From contig OZ024744.1 in NCBI GenBank assembly GCA_964016885.1, positions 3,658,001-3,722,000 of the forward strand: a stretch of DNA of 64,000 nt. Reading direction: 5' to 3'. The position numbers and the translations under genes were made by a program. This document shows, one piece after another, positions 1-11,300 of the stretch. Source of the stretch: Eledone cirrhosa. Its lineage: Eukaryota. The notes beneath the pieces were generated by a model. It saw only the letters and a program-made list of their open reading frames with translations. It was not told the origin of the DNA and did no database searches. Positions within the stretch are counted from its first letter, which is position 1; every line of letters begins with the position of its first letter.

Positions 1-449
1 AAAGATAGCTTGGTGAAGAACGAAGTTTTGAGGGAAGACAAGGTAGAGAAAGATAGCTTGGTGAATAACGAAGTTTTGGGAGAAGACAAGGTAGAGAAAG
101 ATAGTTGGTGAAGAACGAAGTTTTGAAGGAAGACAAGGCAGAGAAAGATAGCTTGGTGAAGAACGAAGTTTTGAGGGAAGACAAGGTAGAGAAAGATAGC
201 TTGGTGAAGAACGACGTTTTGTGGGAAGACAAGGTAGAGAAAGATAGCTTGGTGAAGAACGAAGTTTTGGGGGAAGACAAGGTAGAGAAAGATAGCTTGG
301 TGAAGAACGACGTTTTGAGGGAAGACAAGGTAGAGAAAGATAGCTTGGTGAAGAACGATGTTTTGGGGAAGACACTGTAGAGAAAGATAGCTTGGTGAAG
401 AACGAAGTTTTGAGGGAAGACAAGGTAGAGAAAGATAGCTTGGTGAATA

Positions 450-3400
450 ACGAAGTTTGGGAGAAGACAAGGTAGAGAAAGATAGTTGGTGAAGAACGAA
501 GTTTTGAGGGAAGACAAGGTAGAGAAAGATAGCATGGTGAAGAACGACGTTTTGAGGGAAGACAAGGTAGAGAAAGATAGCTTGGTGAAGAACGACGTTT
601 TGTGGGAAGACAAGGTAGAGAAAGATAGCTTGGTGAAGAACGAAGTTTTGGGGGAAGACAAGGTAGAGAAAGATAGCTTGGTGAAGAACGAAGTTTTGGG
701 GAAGACAATGTAGAGAAAGATAGCTTGGTGAAGAACGAAGTTTTGGGGGAAGACAAGGTAGAGAAAGATAGCTTGGTGAAGAACGAAGTTTTGAGGGAAG
801 ACAAGGTAGAGAAAGATAGCTTGGTGAATAACGAAGTTTGGGGAGAAGACAAGGTAGAGAAAGATAGCTTGGTGAAGAACGACGTTTTGAGGGAAGACAA
901 GGTAGAGAAAGATAGCTTGGTGAAGAACGAAGTTTTGGGGAAGACAATGTAGAGAAAGATAGCTTGGTGAAGAACGAAGTTTTGGGGGAAGACAAGGTAG
1001 AGAAAGATAGCTTGGTGAAGAACGAAGTTTTGAGGGAAGACAAGGTAGAGAAAGATAGCTTGGTGAATAACGAAGTTTTGGGAGAAGACAAGGTAGAGAA
1101 AGATAGTTGGTGAAGAACGAAGTTTTGAAGGAAGACAAGGCAGAGAAAGATAGCTTGGTGAAGAACGAAGTTTTGAGGGAAGACAAGGTAGAGAAAGATA
1201 GCTTGGTGAAGAACGAGGTTTTGTGGGAAGACAAGGTAGAGAAAGATAGCTTGGTGAAGAACGAAGTTTTGGGGGAAGACAAGGTAGAGAAAGATAGCTT
1301 GGTGAAGAACGAAGTTTTGGGGGAAGACAAGGTAGAGAAAGATAGCTTGGTGAAGAACGAAGTTTTGAGGGAAAACAAGGTAGAGAAAGATAGCTTGGTG
1401 AATAACGAAGTTTTGGGAGAAGACAAGGTGGAGAAAGATAGCTTGGTGAAGAACGAATTTTGAGGGAAGACAAGGTAGAGAAAGATAGCTTGGTGAAGAA
1501 CGACGTTTTGTGGGAAGACAAGGGAGAGAAAAATAGATTGGTGAAGGACGAAGTTTTGAGGGATGACAAGGTAGAGAAAGATGACTTGGTGAAGAACGAA
1601 GTTTTGGGGGAAGACAAGGTAGAGAAAGATAGCTTGGTGAAGAACGAAGTTTTGTGGGAAGTCAAGGTAGAGAAAGATAGCTTGGTGAAGAACGAAGTTT
1701 TGGGGGAAGACAAGGTAGAGAAATATAGCTTGGTGAACAACGAAGTTTTGGGGGAAGACAAGGTAGAGAAAGATAGCTTGGTGAACAACGAAGTTTTGGG
1801 GGAAGACAAGGTAGAAAAAGATAGCTTGGTAAAGAACGAAGTTTTGGGGAAAACAATGTAGAGAAAGATAGCTTGGTGAAGAACGAAGTTTTGGGGGAAG
1901 ACAAGGTAGAGAAAGATAGCTTGGTGAAGAACGAAGTTTTGGGGAAGACAATGTAGAGAAAGATAGCTTGGTGAAGAACGAAGTTGTGGGGGAAGACAAG
2001 GTAGAGAAAGATAGCTTGGTGAAGAACGATGTTTTGGGGGAAGACAAGGTAGAGAAAGATAGCTTGGTGAAGAACGACGTTTTGAGGGAAGACAAGGTAG
2101 AGAAAGATAGCTTGGTGAAGAACGATGTTTTGGGGAAGACACTGTAGAGAAAGATAGCTTGGTGAAGAACGAAGTTTTGAGGGAAGACAAGGTAGAGAAA
2201 GATAGCTTGGTGAATAACGAAGTTTGGGAGAAGACAAGGTAGAGAAAGATAGTTGGTGAAGAACGAAGTTTTGAGGGAAGACAAGGTAGAGAAAGATAGC
2301 TTGGTGAAGAACGACGTTTTGAGGGAAGACAAGGTAGAGAAAGATAGCTTGGTGAAGAACGACGTTTTGTGGGAAGACAAGGTAGAGAAAGATAGCTTGG
2401 TGAAGAACGAAGTTTTGGGGGAAGACAAGGTAGAGAAAGATAGCTTGGTGAAGAACGAAGTTTTGGGGAAGACAATGTAGAGAAAGATAGCTTGGTGAAG
2501 AACGAAGTTTTGGGGGAAGACAAGGTAGAGAAAGATAGCTTGGTGAAGAACGAAGTTTTGAGGGAAGACAAGGTAGAGAAAGATAGCTTGGTGAATAACG
2601 GAGTTTTGGGAGAAGACAAGGTAGAGAAAGATAGCTTGGTGAAGAACGACGTTTTGAGGGAAGACAAGGTAGAGAAAGATAGCTTGGTGAAGAACGAAGT
2701 TTTGGGGAAGACAATGTAGAGAAAGATAGCTTGGTGAAGAACGAAGTTTTGGGGGAAGACAAGGTAGAGAAAGATAGCTTGGTGAAGAACGAAGTTTTGA
2801 GGGAAGACAAGGTAGAGAAAGATAGCTTGGTGTATAACGAAGTTTGGGAGAAGACAAGGTAGAGAAAGATAGTTGGTGAAGAACGAAGTTTTGAGGGAAG
2901 ACAAGGTAGAGAAAGATAGCATGGTGAAGAACGACGTTTTGAGGGAAGACAAGGTAGAGAAAGATAGCTTGGTGAAGAACGACGTTTTGTGGGAAGACAA
3001 GGTAGAGAAAGATAGCTTGGTGAAGAACGAAGTTTTGGGGGAAGACAAGGTAGAGAAAGATAGCTTGGTGAAGAACGAAGTTTTGGGGAAGACAATGTAG
3101 AGAAAGATAGCTTGGTGAAGAACGAAGTTTTGGGGGAAGACAAGGTAGAGAAAGATAGCTTGGTGAAGAACGAAGTTTTGAGGGAAGACAAGGTAGAGAA
3201 AGATAGCTTGGTGAATAACGAAGTTTGGGGAGAAGACAAGGTAGAGAAAGATAGCTTGGTGAAGAACGACGTTTTGAGGGAAGACAAGGTAGAGAAAGAT
3301 AGCTTGGTGAAGAACGAAGTTTTGGGGAAGACAATGTAGAGAAAGATAGCTTGGTGAAGAACGAAGTTTTGGGGGAAGACAAGGTAGAGAAAGATAGCTT

Positions 3401-5230
3401 GGTGAAGAACGAAGTTTTGAGGGAAGACAAGGTAGAGAAAGATAGCTTGGTGAATAACGAAGTTTTGGGAGAAGACAAGGTAGAGAAAGATAGTTGGTGA
3501 AGAACGAAGTTTTGAAGGAAGACAAGGCAGAGAAAGATAGCTTGGTGAAGAACGAAGTTTTGAGGGAAGACAAGGTAGAGAAAGATAGCTTGGTGAAGAA
3601 CGAGGTTTTGTGGGAAGACAAGGTAGAGAAAGATAGCTTGGTGAAGAACGAAGTTTTGGGGGAAGACAAGGTAGAGAAAGATAGCTTGGTGAAGAACGAA
3701 GTTTTGGGGGAAGACAAGGTAGAGAAAGATAGCTTGGTGAAGAACGAAGTTTTGAGGGAAAACAAGGTAGAGAAAGATAGCTTGGTGAATAACGAAGTTT
3801 TGGGAGAAGACAAGGTGGAGAAAGATAGCTTGGTGAAGAACGAATTTTGAGGGAAGACAAGGTAGAGAAAGATAGCTTGGTGAAGAACGACGTTTTGTGG
3901 GAAGACAAGGGAGAGAAAAATAGATTGGTGAAGGACGAAGTTTTGAGGGATGACAAGGTAGAGAAAGATGACTTGGTGAAGAACGAAGTTTTGGGGGAAG
4001 ACAAGGTAGAGAAAGATAGCTTGGTGAAGAACGAAGTTTTGTGGGAAGTCAAGGTAGAGAAAGATAGCTTGGTGAAGAACGAAGTTTTGGGGGAAGACAA
4101 GGTAGAGAAATATAGCTTGGTGAACAACGAAGTTTTGGGGGAAGACAAGGTAGAGAAAGATAGCTTGGTGAACAACGAAGTTTTGGGGGAAGACAAGGTA
4201 GAAAAAGATAGCTTGGTAAAGAACGAAGTTTTGGGGAAAACAATGTAGAGAAAGATAGCTTGGTGAAGAACGAAGTTTTGGGGGAAGACAAGGTAGAGAA
4301 AGATAGCTTGGTGAAGAACGAAGTTTTGGGGAAGACAATGTAGAGAAAGATAGCTTGGTGAAGAACGAAGTTGTGGGGGAAGACAAGGTAGAGAAAGATA
4401 GCTTGGTGAAGAACGATGTTTTGGGGGAAGACAAGGTAGAGAAAGATAGCTTGGTGAAGAACGACGTTTTGAGGGAAGACAAGGTAGAGAAAGATAGCTT
4501 GGTGAAGAACGATGTTTTGGGGAAGACACTGTAGAGAAAGATAGCTTGGTGAAGAACGAAGTTTTGAGGGAAGACAAGGTAGAGAAAGATAGCTTGGTGA
4601 ATAACGAAGTTTGGGAGAAGACAAGGTAGAGAAAGATAGTTGGTGAAGAACGAAGTTTTGAGGGAAGACAAGGTAGAGAAAGATAGCTTGGTGAAGAACG
4701 ACGTTTTGAGGGAAGACAAGGTAGAGAAAGATAGCTTGGTGAAGAACGACGTTTTGTGGGAAGACAAGGTAGAGAAAGATAGCTTGGTGAAGAACGAAGT
4801 TTTGGGGGAAGACAAGGTAGAGAAAGATAGCTTGGTGAAGAACGAAGTTTTGGGGAAGACAATGTAGAGAAAGATAGCTTGGTGAAGAACGAAGTTTTGG
4901 GGGAAGACAAGGTAGAGAAAGATAGCTTGGTGAAGAACGAAGTTTTGAGGGAAGACAAGGTAGAGAAAGATAGCTTGGTGAATAACGAAGTTTTGGGAGA
5001 AGACAAGGTAGAGAAAGATAGCTTGGTGAAGAACGACGTTTTGAGGGAAGACAAGGTAGAGAAAGATAGCTTGGTGAAGAACGAAGTTTTGGGGAAGACA
5101 ATGTAGAGAAAGATAGCTTGGTGAAGAACGAAGTTTTGGGGGAAGACAAGGTAGAGAAAGATAGCTTGGTGAAGAACGAAGTTTTGAGGGAAGACAAGGT
5201 AGAGAAAGATAGCTTGGTGTATAACGAAGT
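450..5230 (+). repeat. Tandem higher-order duplication, period 2,387 bp (50 monomers minus 13 single-base deletions), 2 copies
   Basis: ORF starts share a constant offset: 486/2873, 725/3112, 1107/3494, 1460/3847, 2253/4640, 2492/4879. Rare markers AGCATGG (531/2918) and GTTTGGGGAG are shared. I counted 13 deletions between 486 and 2873. Confidence 0.9.
486..963 (+). repeat. Example of the recurring 239-bp 5-monomer unit (4x48 + one 47-bp monomer)
   Basis: The 47-bp variant TTTTGGGGAAGACAATGTAG recurs 239 bp apart. This produces the many 75-aa ORF pairs (486/725, 2253/2492, 4640/4879, 6934/7173, 9086/9325, 16639/16878, 30756/30995). Confidence 0.85.
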
Positions 5231-8200
5231 TTTGGGAGAAGACAAGGTAGAGAAAGATAGTTGGTGAAGAACGAAGTTTTGAAGGAAGACAAGGCAGAGA
5301 AAGATAGCTTGGTGAAGAACGAAGTTTTGAGGGAAGACAAGGTAGAGAAAGATAGCTTGGTGAAGAACGACGTTTTGTGGGAAGACAAGGTAGAGAAAGA
5401 TAGCTTGGTGAAGAACGAAGTTTTGGGGGAAGACAAGGTAGAGAAAGATAGCTTGGTGAAGAACGAAGTTTTGGGGGAAGACAAGGTAGAGAAAGATAGC
5501 TTGGTGAAGAACGAAGTTTTGAGGGAAAACAAGGTAGAGAAAGATAGCTTGGTGAATAACGAAGTTTTGGGAGAAGACAAGGTGGAGAAAGATAGCTTGG
5601 TGAAGAACGAATTTTGAGGGAAGACAAGGTAGAGAAAGATAGCTTGGTGAAGAACGACGTTTTGTGGGAAGACAAGGGAGAGAAAAATAGATTGGTGAAG
5701 GACGAAGTTTTGAGGGATGACAAGGTAGAGAAAGATGACTTGGTGAAGAACGAAGTTTTGGGGGAAGACAAGGTAGAGAAAGATAGCTTGGTGAAGAACG
5801 AAGTTTTGGGGGAAGACAAGGTAGAGAAAGATAGCTTGGTGAAGAACGAAGTTTTGGGGGAAGACAAGGTAGAGAAAGATAGCTTGGTGAAGAACGAAGT
5901 TTTGAGGGAAGACAAGGTAGAGAAAGATAGCTTGGTGAATAACGAAGTTTTGGGAGAATACAAGGTAGAGAAAGATAGCTTGGTGAAGAACGATGTTTTG
6001 AGGGAAGACAAGGTAGAGAAAGATAGCTTGGTGAAGAACGACGTTTTGAGGGAAGACAAGGTAGAGAAAGATAGCTTGGTGAATAACGAAGTTTTGGGAG
6101 AAGACAAGGTGGAGAAAGATAGCTTGGTGAAGAACGAATTTTGAGGGAAGACAAGGTAGAGAAAGATAGCTTGGTGAAGAACGACGTTTTGTGGGAAGAC
6201 AAGGGAGAGAAAAATAGATTGGTGAAGGACGAAGTTTTGAGGGATGACAAGGTAGAGAAAGATGACTTGGTGAAGAACGAAGTTTTGGGGGAAGACAAGG
6301 TAGAGAAAGATAGCTTGGTGAAGAACGAAGTTTTGTGGGAAGTCAAGGTAGAGAAAGATAGCTTGGTGAAGAACGAAGTTTTGGGGGAAGACAAGGTAGA
6401 GAAATATAGCTTGGTGAACAACGAAGTTTTGGGGGAAGACAAGGTAGAGAAAGATAGCTTGGTGAACAACGAAGTTTTGGGGGAAGACAAGGTAGAAAAA
6501 GATAGCTTGGTAAAGAACGAAGTTTTGGGGAAAACAATGTAGAGAAAGATAGCTTGGTGAAGAACGAAGTTTTGGGGGAAGACAAGGTAGAGAAAGATAG
6601 CTTGGTGAAGAACGAAGTTTTGGGGAAGACAATGTAGAGAAAGATAGCTTGGTGAAGAACGAAGTTGTGGGGGAAGACAAGGTAGAGAAAGATAGCTTGG
6701 TGAAGAACGATGTTTTGGGGGAAGACAAGGTAGAGAAAGATAGCTTGGTGAAGAACGACGTTTTGAGGGAAGACAAGGTAGAGAAAGATAGCTTGGTGAA
6801 GAACGATGTTTTGGGGAAGACACTGTAGAGAAAGATAGCTTGGTGAAGAACGAAGTTTTGAGGGAAGACAAGGTAGAGAAAGATAGCTTGGTGAATAACG
6901 AAGTTTGGGAGAAGACAAGGTAGAGAAAGATAGTTGGTGAAGAACGAAGTTTTGAGGGAAGACAAGGTAGAGAAAGATAGCTTGGTGAAGAACGACGTTT
7001 TGAGGGAAGACAAGGTAGAGAAAGATAGCTTGGTGAAGAACGACGTTTTGTGGGAAGACAAGGTAGAGAAAGATAGCTTGGTGAAGAACGAAGTTTTGGG
7101 GGAAGACAAGGTAGAGAAAGATAGCTTGGTGAAGAACGAAGTTTTGGGGAAGACAATGTAGAGAAAGATAGCTTGGTGAAGAACGAAGTTTTGGGGGAAG
7201 ACAAGGTAGAGAAAGATAGCTTGGTGAAGAACGAAGTTTTGAGGGAAGACAAGGTAGAGAAAGATAGCTTGGTGAATAACGAAGTTTTGGGAGAAGACAA
7301 GGTAGAGAAAGATAGCTTGGTGAAGAACGACGTTTTGAGGGAAGACAAGGTAGAGAAAGATAGCTTGGTGAAGAACGAAGTTTTGGGGAAGACAATGTAG
7401 AGAAAGATAGCTTGGTGAAGAACGAAGTTTTGGGGGAAGACAAGGTAGAGAAAGATAGCTTGGTGAAGAACGAAGTTTTGAGGGAAGACAAGGTAGAGAA
7501 AGATAGCTTGGTGTATAACGAAGTTTTGGGAGAAGACAAGGTAGAGAAAGATAGTTGGTGAAGAACGAAGTTTTGAAGGAAGACAAGGCAGAGAAAGATA
7601 GCTTGGTGAAGAACGAAGTTTTGAGGGAAGACAAGGTAGAGAAAGATAGCTTGGTGAAGAACGACGTTTTGTGGGAAGACAAGGTAGAGAAAGATAGCTT
7701 GGTGAAGAACGAAGTTTTGGGGGAAGACAAGGTAGAGAAAGATAGCTTGGTGAAGAACGAAGTTTTGGGGGAAGACAAGGTAGAGAAAGATAGCTTGGTG
7801 AAGAACGAAGTTTTGAGGGAAAACAAGGTAGAGAAAGATAGCTTGGTGAATAACGAAGTTTTGGGAGAAGACAAGGTGGAGAAAGATAGCTTGGTGAAGA
7901 ACGAATTTTGAGGGAAGACAAGGTAGAGAAAGATAGCTTGGTGAAGAACGACGTTTTGTGGGAAGACAAGGGAGAGAAAAATAGATTGGTGAAGGACGAA
8001 GTTTTGAGGGATGACAAGGTAGAGAAAGATGACTTGGTGAAGAACGAAGTTTTGGGGGAAGACAAGGTAGAGAAAGATAGCTTGGTGAAGAACGAAGTTT
8101 TGGGGGAAGACAAGGTAGAGAAAGATAGCTTGGTGAAGAACGAAGTTTTGGGGGAAGACAAGGTAGAGAAAGATAGCTTGGTGAAGAACGAAGTTTTGAG

Positions 8201-8370
8201 GGAAGACAAGGTAGAGAAAGATAGCTTGGTGAATAACGAAGTTTTGGGAGAATACAAGGTAGAGAAAGATAGCTTGGTGAAGAACGATGTTTTGAGGGAA
8301 GACAAGGTAGAGAAAGATAGCTTGGTGAAGAACGACGTTTTGAGGGAAGACAAGGTAGAGAAAGATAGCT
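3780..8370 (+). repeat. Tandem higher-order duplication, period 2,294 bp (48 monomers minus 10), overlapping the 2,387-bp duplication
   Basis: Offsets 3847/6141, 4640/6934, 4879/7173, 5261/7555 and 5614/7908 all equal 2,294. GTGTATAAC and GGAGAATAC markers are shared. Confidence 0.88.
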
Positions 8371-11300
8371 TGGTGAAGAACGACGTTTTGTGGGAAGACA
8401 AGGTAGAGAAAGATAGCTTGGTGAAGAACGAAGTTTTGGGGGAAGACAAGGTAGAGAAAGATAGCTTGCGAAGAACGAAGTTTTGGGGGAAGACAAGGTA
8501 GAGAAAGATAGCTTGGTGAAGAACGAAGTTTTGGGGGAGGACAAGGTAGAGAAAGATAGCTTGGTGAAGAACGACGTTTTGAGGGAAGGCAAGGTAGAGA
8601 AAGATAGCTTGGTGAAGAACGAAGTTTTGACGGAAGACAAGGTAGAGAAAGATAGCTTGGTGAAGAATGACGTTTTGTGGGAAGACAAGGTAGAGAAAGA
8701 TAGCTTGGTGAATAACGAAGTTTTGAGGGAAGACAAGGTAGAGAAAGATAGCTTGGTGAAGAACGACGTTTTGTGGGAAGACAAGGTAGAGAAAGATAGC
8801 TTGGTGAAGAACGAAGTTTTGAGGTAAGACAAGGTAGCGAAAGATAGCTTGGTGAAGAACGACGTTTTGGGGGAAGGCAAGGTAGAGAAAGATAGCTTGG
8901 TGAAGAACGACGTTTTGAGGGAAGACAAGGTAGAGAAAGATAGCTTGGTGAAGAACGATGTTTTGGGGAAGACACTGTAGAGAAAGATAGCTTGGTGAAG
9001 AACGAAGTTTTGAGGGAAGACAAGGTAGAGAAAGATAGCTTGGTGAATAACGAAGTTTGGGAGAAGACAAGGTAGAGAAAGATAGTTGGTGAAGAACGAA
9101 GTTTTGAGGGAAGACAAGGTAGAGAAAGATAGCTTGGTGAAGAACGACGTTTTGAGGGAAGACAAGGTAGAGAAAGATAGCTTGGTGAAGAACGACGTTT
9201 TGTGGGAAGACAAGGTAGAGAAAGATAGCTTGGTGAAGAACGAAGTTTTGGGGGAAGACAAGGTAGAGAAAGATAGCTTGGTGAAGAACGAAGTTTTGGG
9301 GAAGACAATGTAGAGAAAGATAGCTTGGTGAAGAACGAAGTTTTGGGGGAAGACAAGGTAGAGAAAGATAGCTTGGTGAAGAACGAAGTTTTGAGGGAAG
9401 ACAAGGTAGAGAAAGATAGCTTGGTGAATAACGAAGTTTTGGGAGAAGACAAGGTAGAGAAAGATAGCTTGGTGAAGAACGACGTTTTGAGGGAAGACAA
9501 GGTAGAGAAAGATAGCTTGGTGAAGAACGAAGTTTTGGGGAAGACAATGTAGAGAAAGATAGCTTGGTGAAGAACGAAGTTTTGGGGGAAGACAAGGTAG
9601 AGAAAGATAGCTTGGTGAAGAACGAAGTTTTGAGGGAAGACAAGGTAGAGAAAGATAGCTTGGTGAATAACGAAGTTTTGGGAGAAGACAAGGTAGAGAA
9701 AGATAGTTGGTGAAGAACGAAGTTTTGAAGGAAGACAAGGCAGAGAAAGATAGCTTGGTGAAGAACGAAGTTTTGAGGGAAGACAAGGTAGAGAAAGATA
9801 GCTTGGTGAAGAACGACGTTTTGTGGGAAGACAAGGTAGAGAAAGATAGCTTGGTGAAGAACGAAGTTTTGGGGGAAGACAAGGTAGAGAAAGATAGCTT
9901 GGTGAAGAACGAAGTTTTGGGGGAAGACAAGGTAGAGAAAGATAGCTTGGTGAAGAACGAAGTTGTGGGGGAAGACAAGGTAGAGAAAGATAGCTTGGTG
10001 AAGAACGAAGTTTTGGGGGAAGACAAGGTAGAGAAAGATAGCTTGGTGAAGAACGACGTTTTGAGGGAAGACAAGGTAGAGAAAGATAGCTTGGTGAAGA
10101 ACGATGTTTTGGGGAAGACACTGTAGAGAAAGATAGCTTGGTGAAGAACGAAGTTTTGAGGGAAGACAAGGTAGAGAAAGATAGCTTGGTGAATAACGAA
10201 GTTTGGGAGAAGACAAGGTAGAGAAAGATAGTTGGTGAAGAACGAAGTTTTGAGGGAAGACAAGGTAGAGAAAGATAGCATGGTGAAGAACGACGTTTTG
10301 AGGGAAGACAAGGTAGAGAAAGATAGCTTGGTGAAGAACGACGTTTTGTGGGAAGACAAGGTAGAGAAAGATAGCTTGGTGAAGAACGAAGTTTTGGGGG
10401 AAGACAAGGTAGAGAAAGATAGCTTGGTGAAGAACGAAGTTTTGGGGAAGACAATGTAGAGAAAGATAGCTTGGTGAAGAACGAAGTTTTGGGGGAAGAC
10501 AAGGTAGAGAAAGATAGCTTGGTGAAGAACGAAGTTTTGAGGGAAGACAAGGTAGAGAAAGATAGCTTGGTGAATAACGAAGTTTTGGGAGAAGACAAGG
10601 TAGAGAAAGATAGCTTGGTGAAGAACGACGTTTTGAGGGAAGACAAGGTAGAGAAAGATAGCTTGGTGAAGAACGAAGTTTTGGGGAAGACAATGTAGAG
10701 AAAGATAGCTTGGTGAAGAACGAAGTTTTGGGGGAAGACAAGGTAGAGAAAGATAGCTTGGTGAAGAACGAAGTTTTGAGGGAAGACAAGGTAGAGAAAG
10801 ATAGCTTGGTGAATAACGAAGTTTTGGGAGAAGACAAGGTAGAGAAAGATAGTTGGTGAAGAACGAAGTTTTGAAGGAAGACAAGGCAGAGAAAGATAGC
10901 TTGGTGAAGAACGAAGTTTTGAGGGAAGACAAGGTAGAGAAAGATAGCTTGGTGAAGAACGAGGTTTTGTGGGAAGACAAGGTAGAGAAAGATAGCTTGG
11001 TGAAGAACGAAGTTTTGGGGGAAGACAAGGTAGAGAAAGATAGCTTGGTGAAGAACGAAGTTTTGGGGGAAGACAAGGTAGAGAAAGATAGCTTGGTGAA
11101 GAACGAAGTTTTGAGGGAAAACAAGGTAGAGAAAGATAGCTTGGTGAATAACGAAGTTTTGGGAGAAGACAAGGTGGAGAAAGATAGCTTGGTGAAGAAC
11201 GAATTTTGAGGGAAGACAAGGTAGAGAAAGATAGCTTGGTGAAGAACGACGTTTTGTGGGAAGACAAGGGAGAGAAAAATAGATTGGTGAAGGACGAAGT

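Noticed and set aside
1-192. Nucleosome-length periodicity (3x48 = 144, 4x48 = 192 bp)
   Set aside because: This is a numerical coincidence only. The visible variant periodicity is mainly 5 and 8 monomers, and phasing cannot be judged without MNase data.
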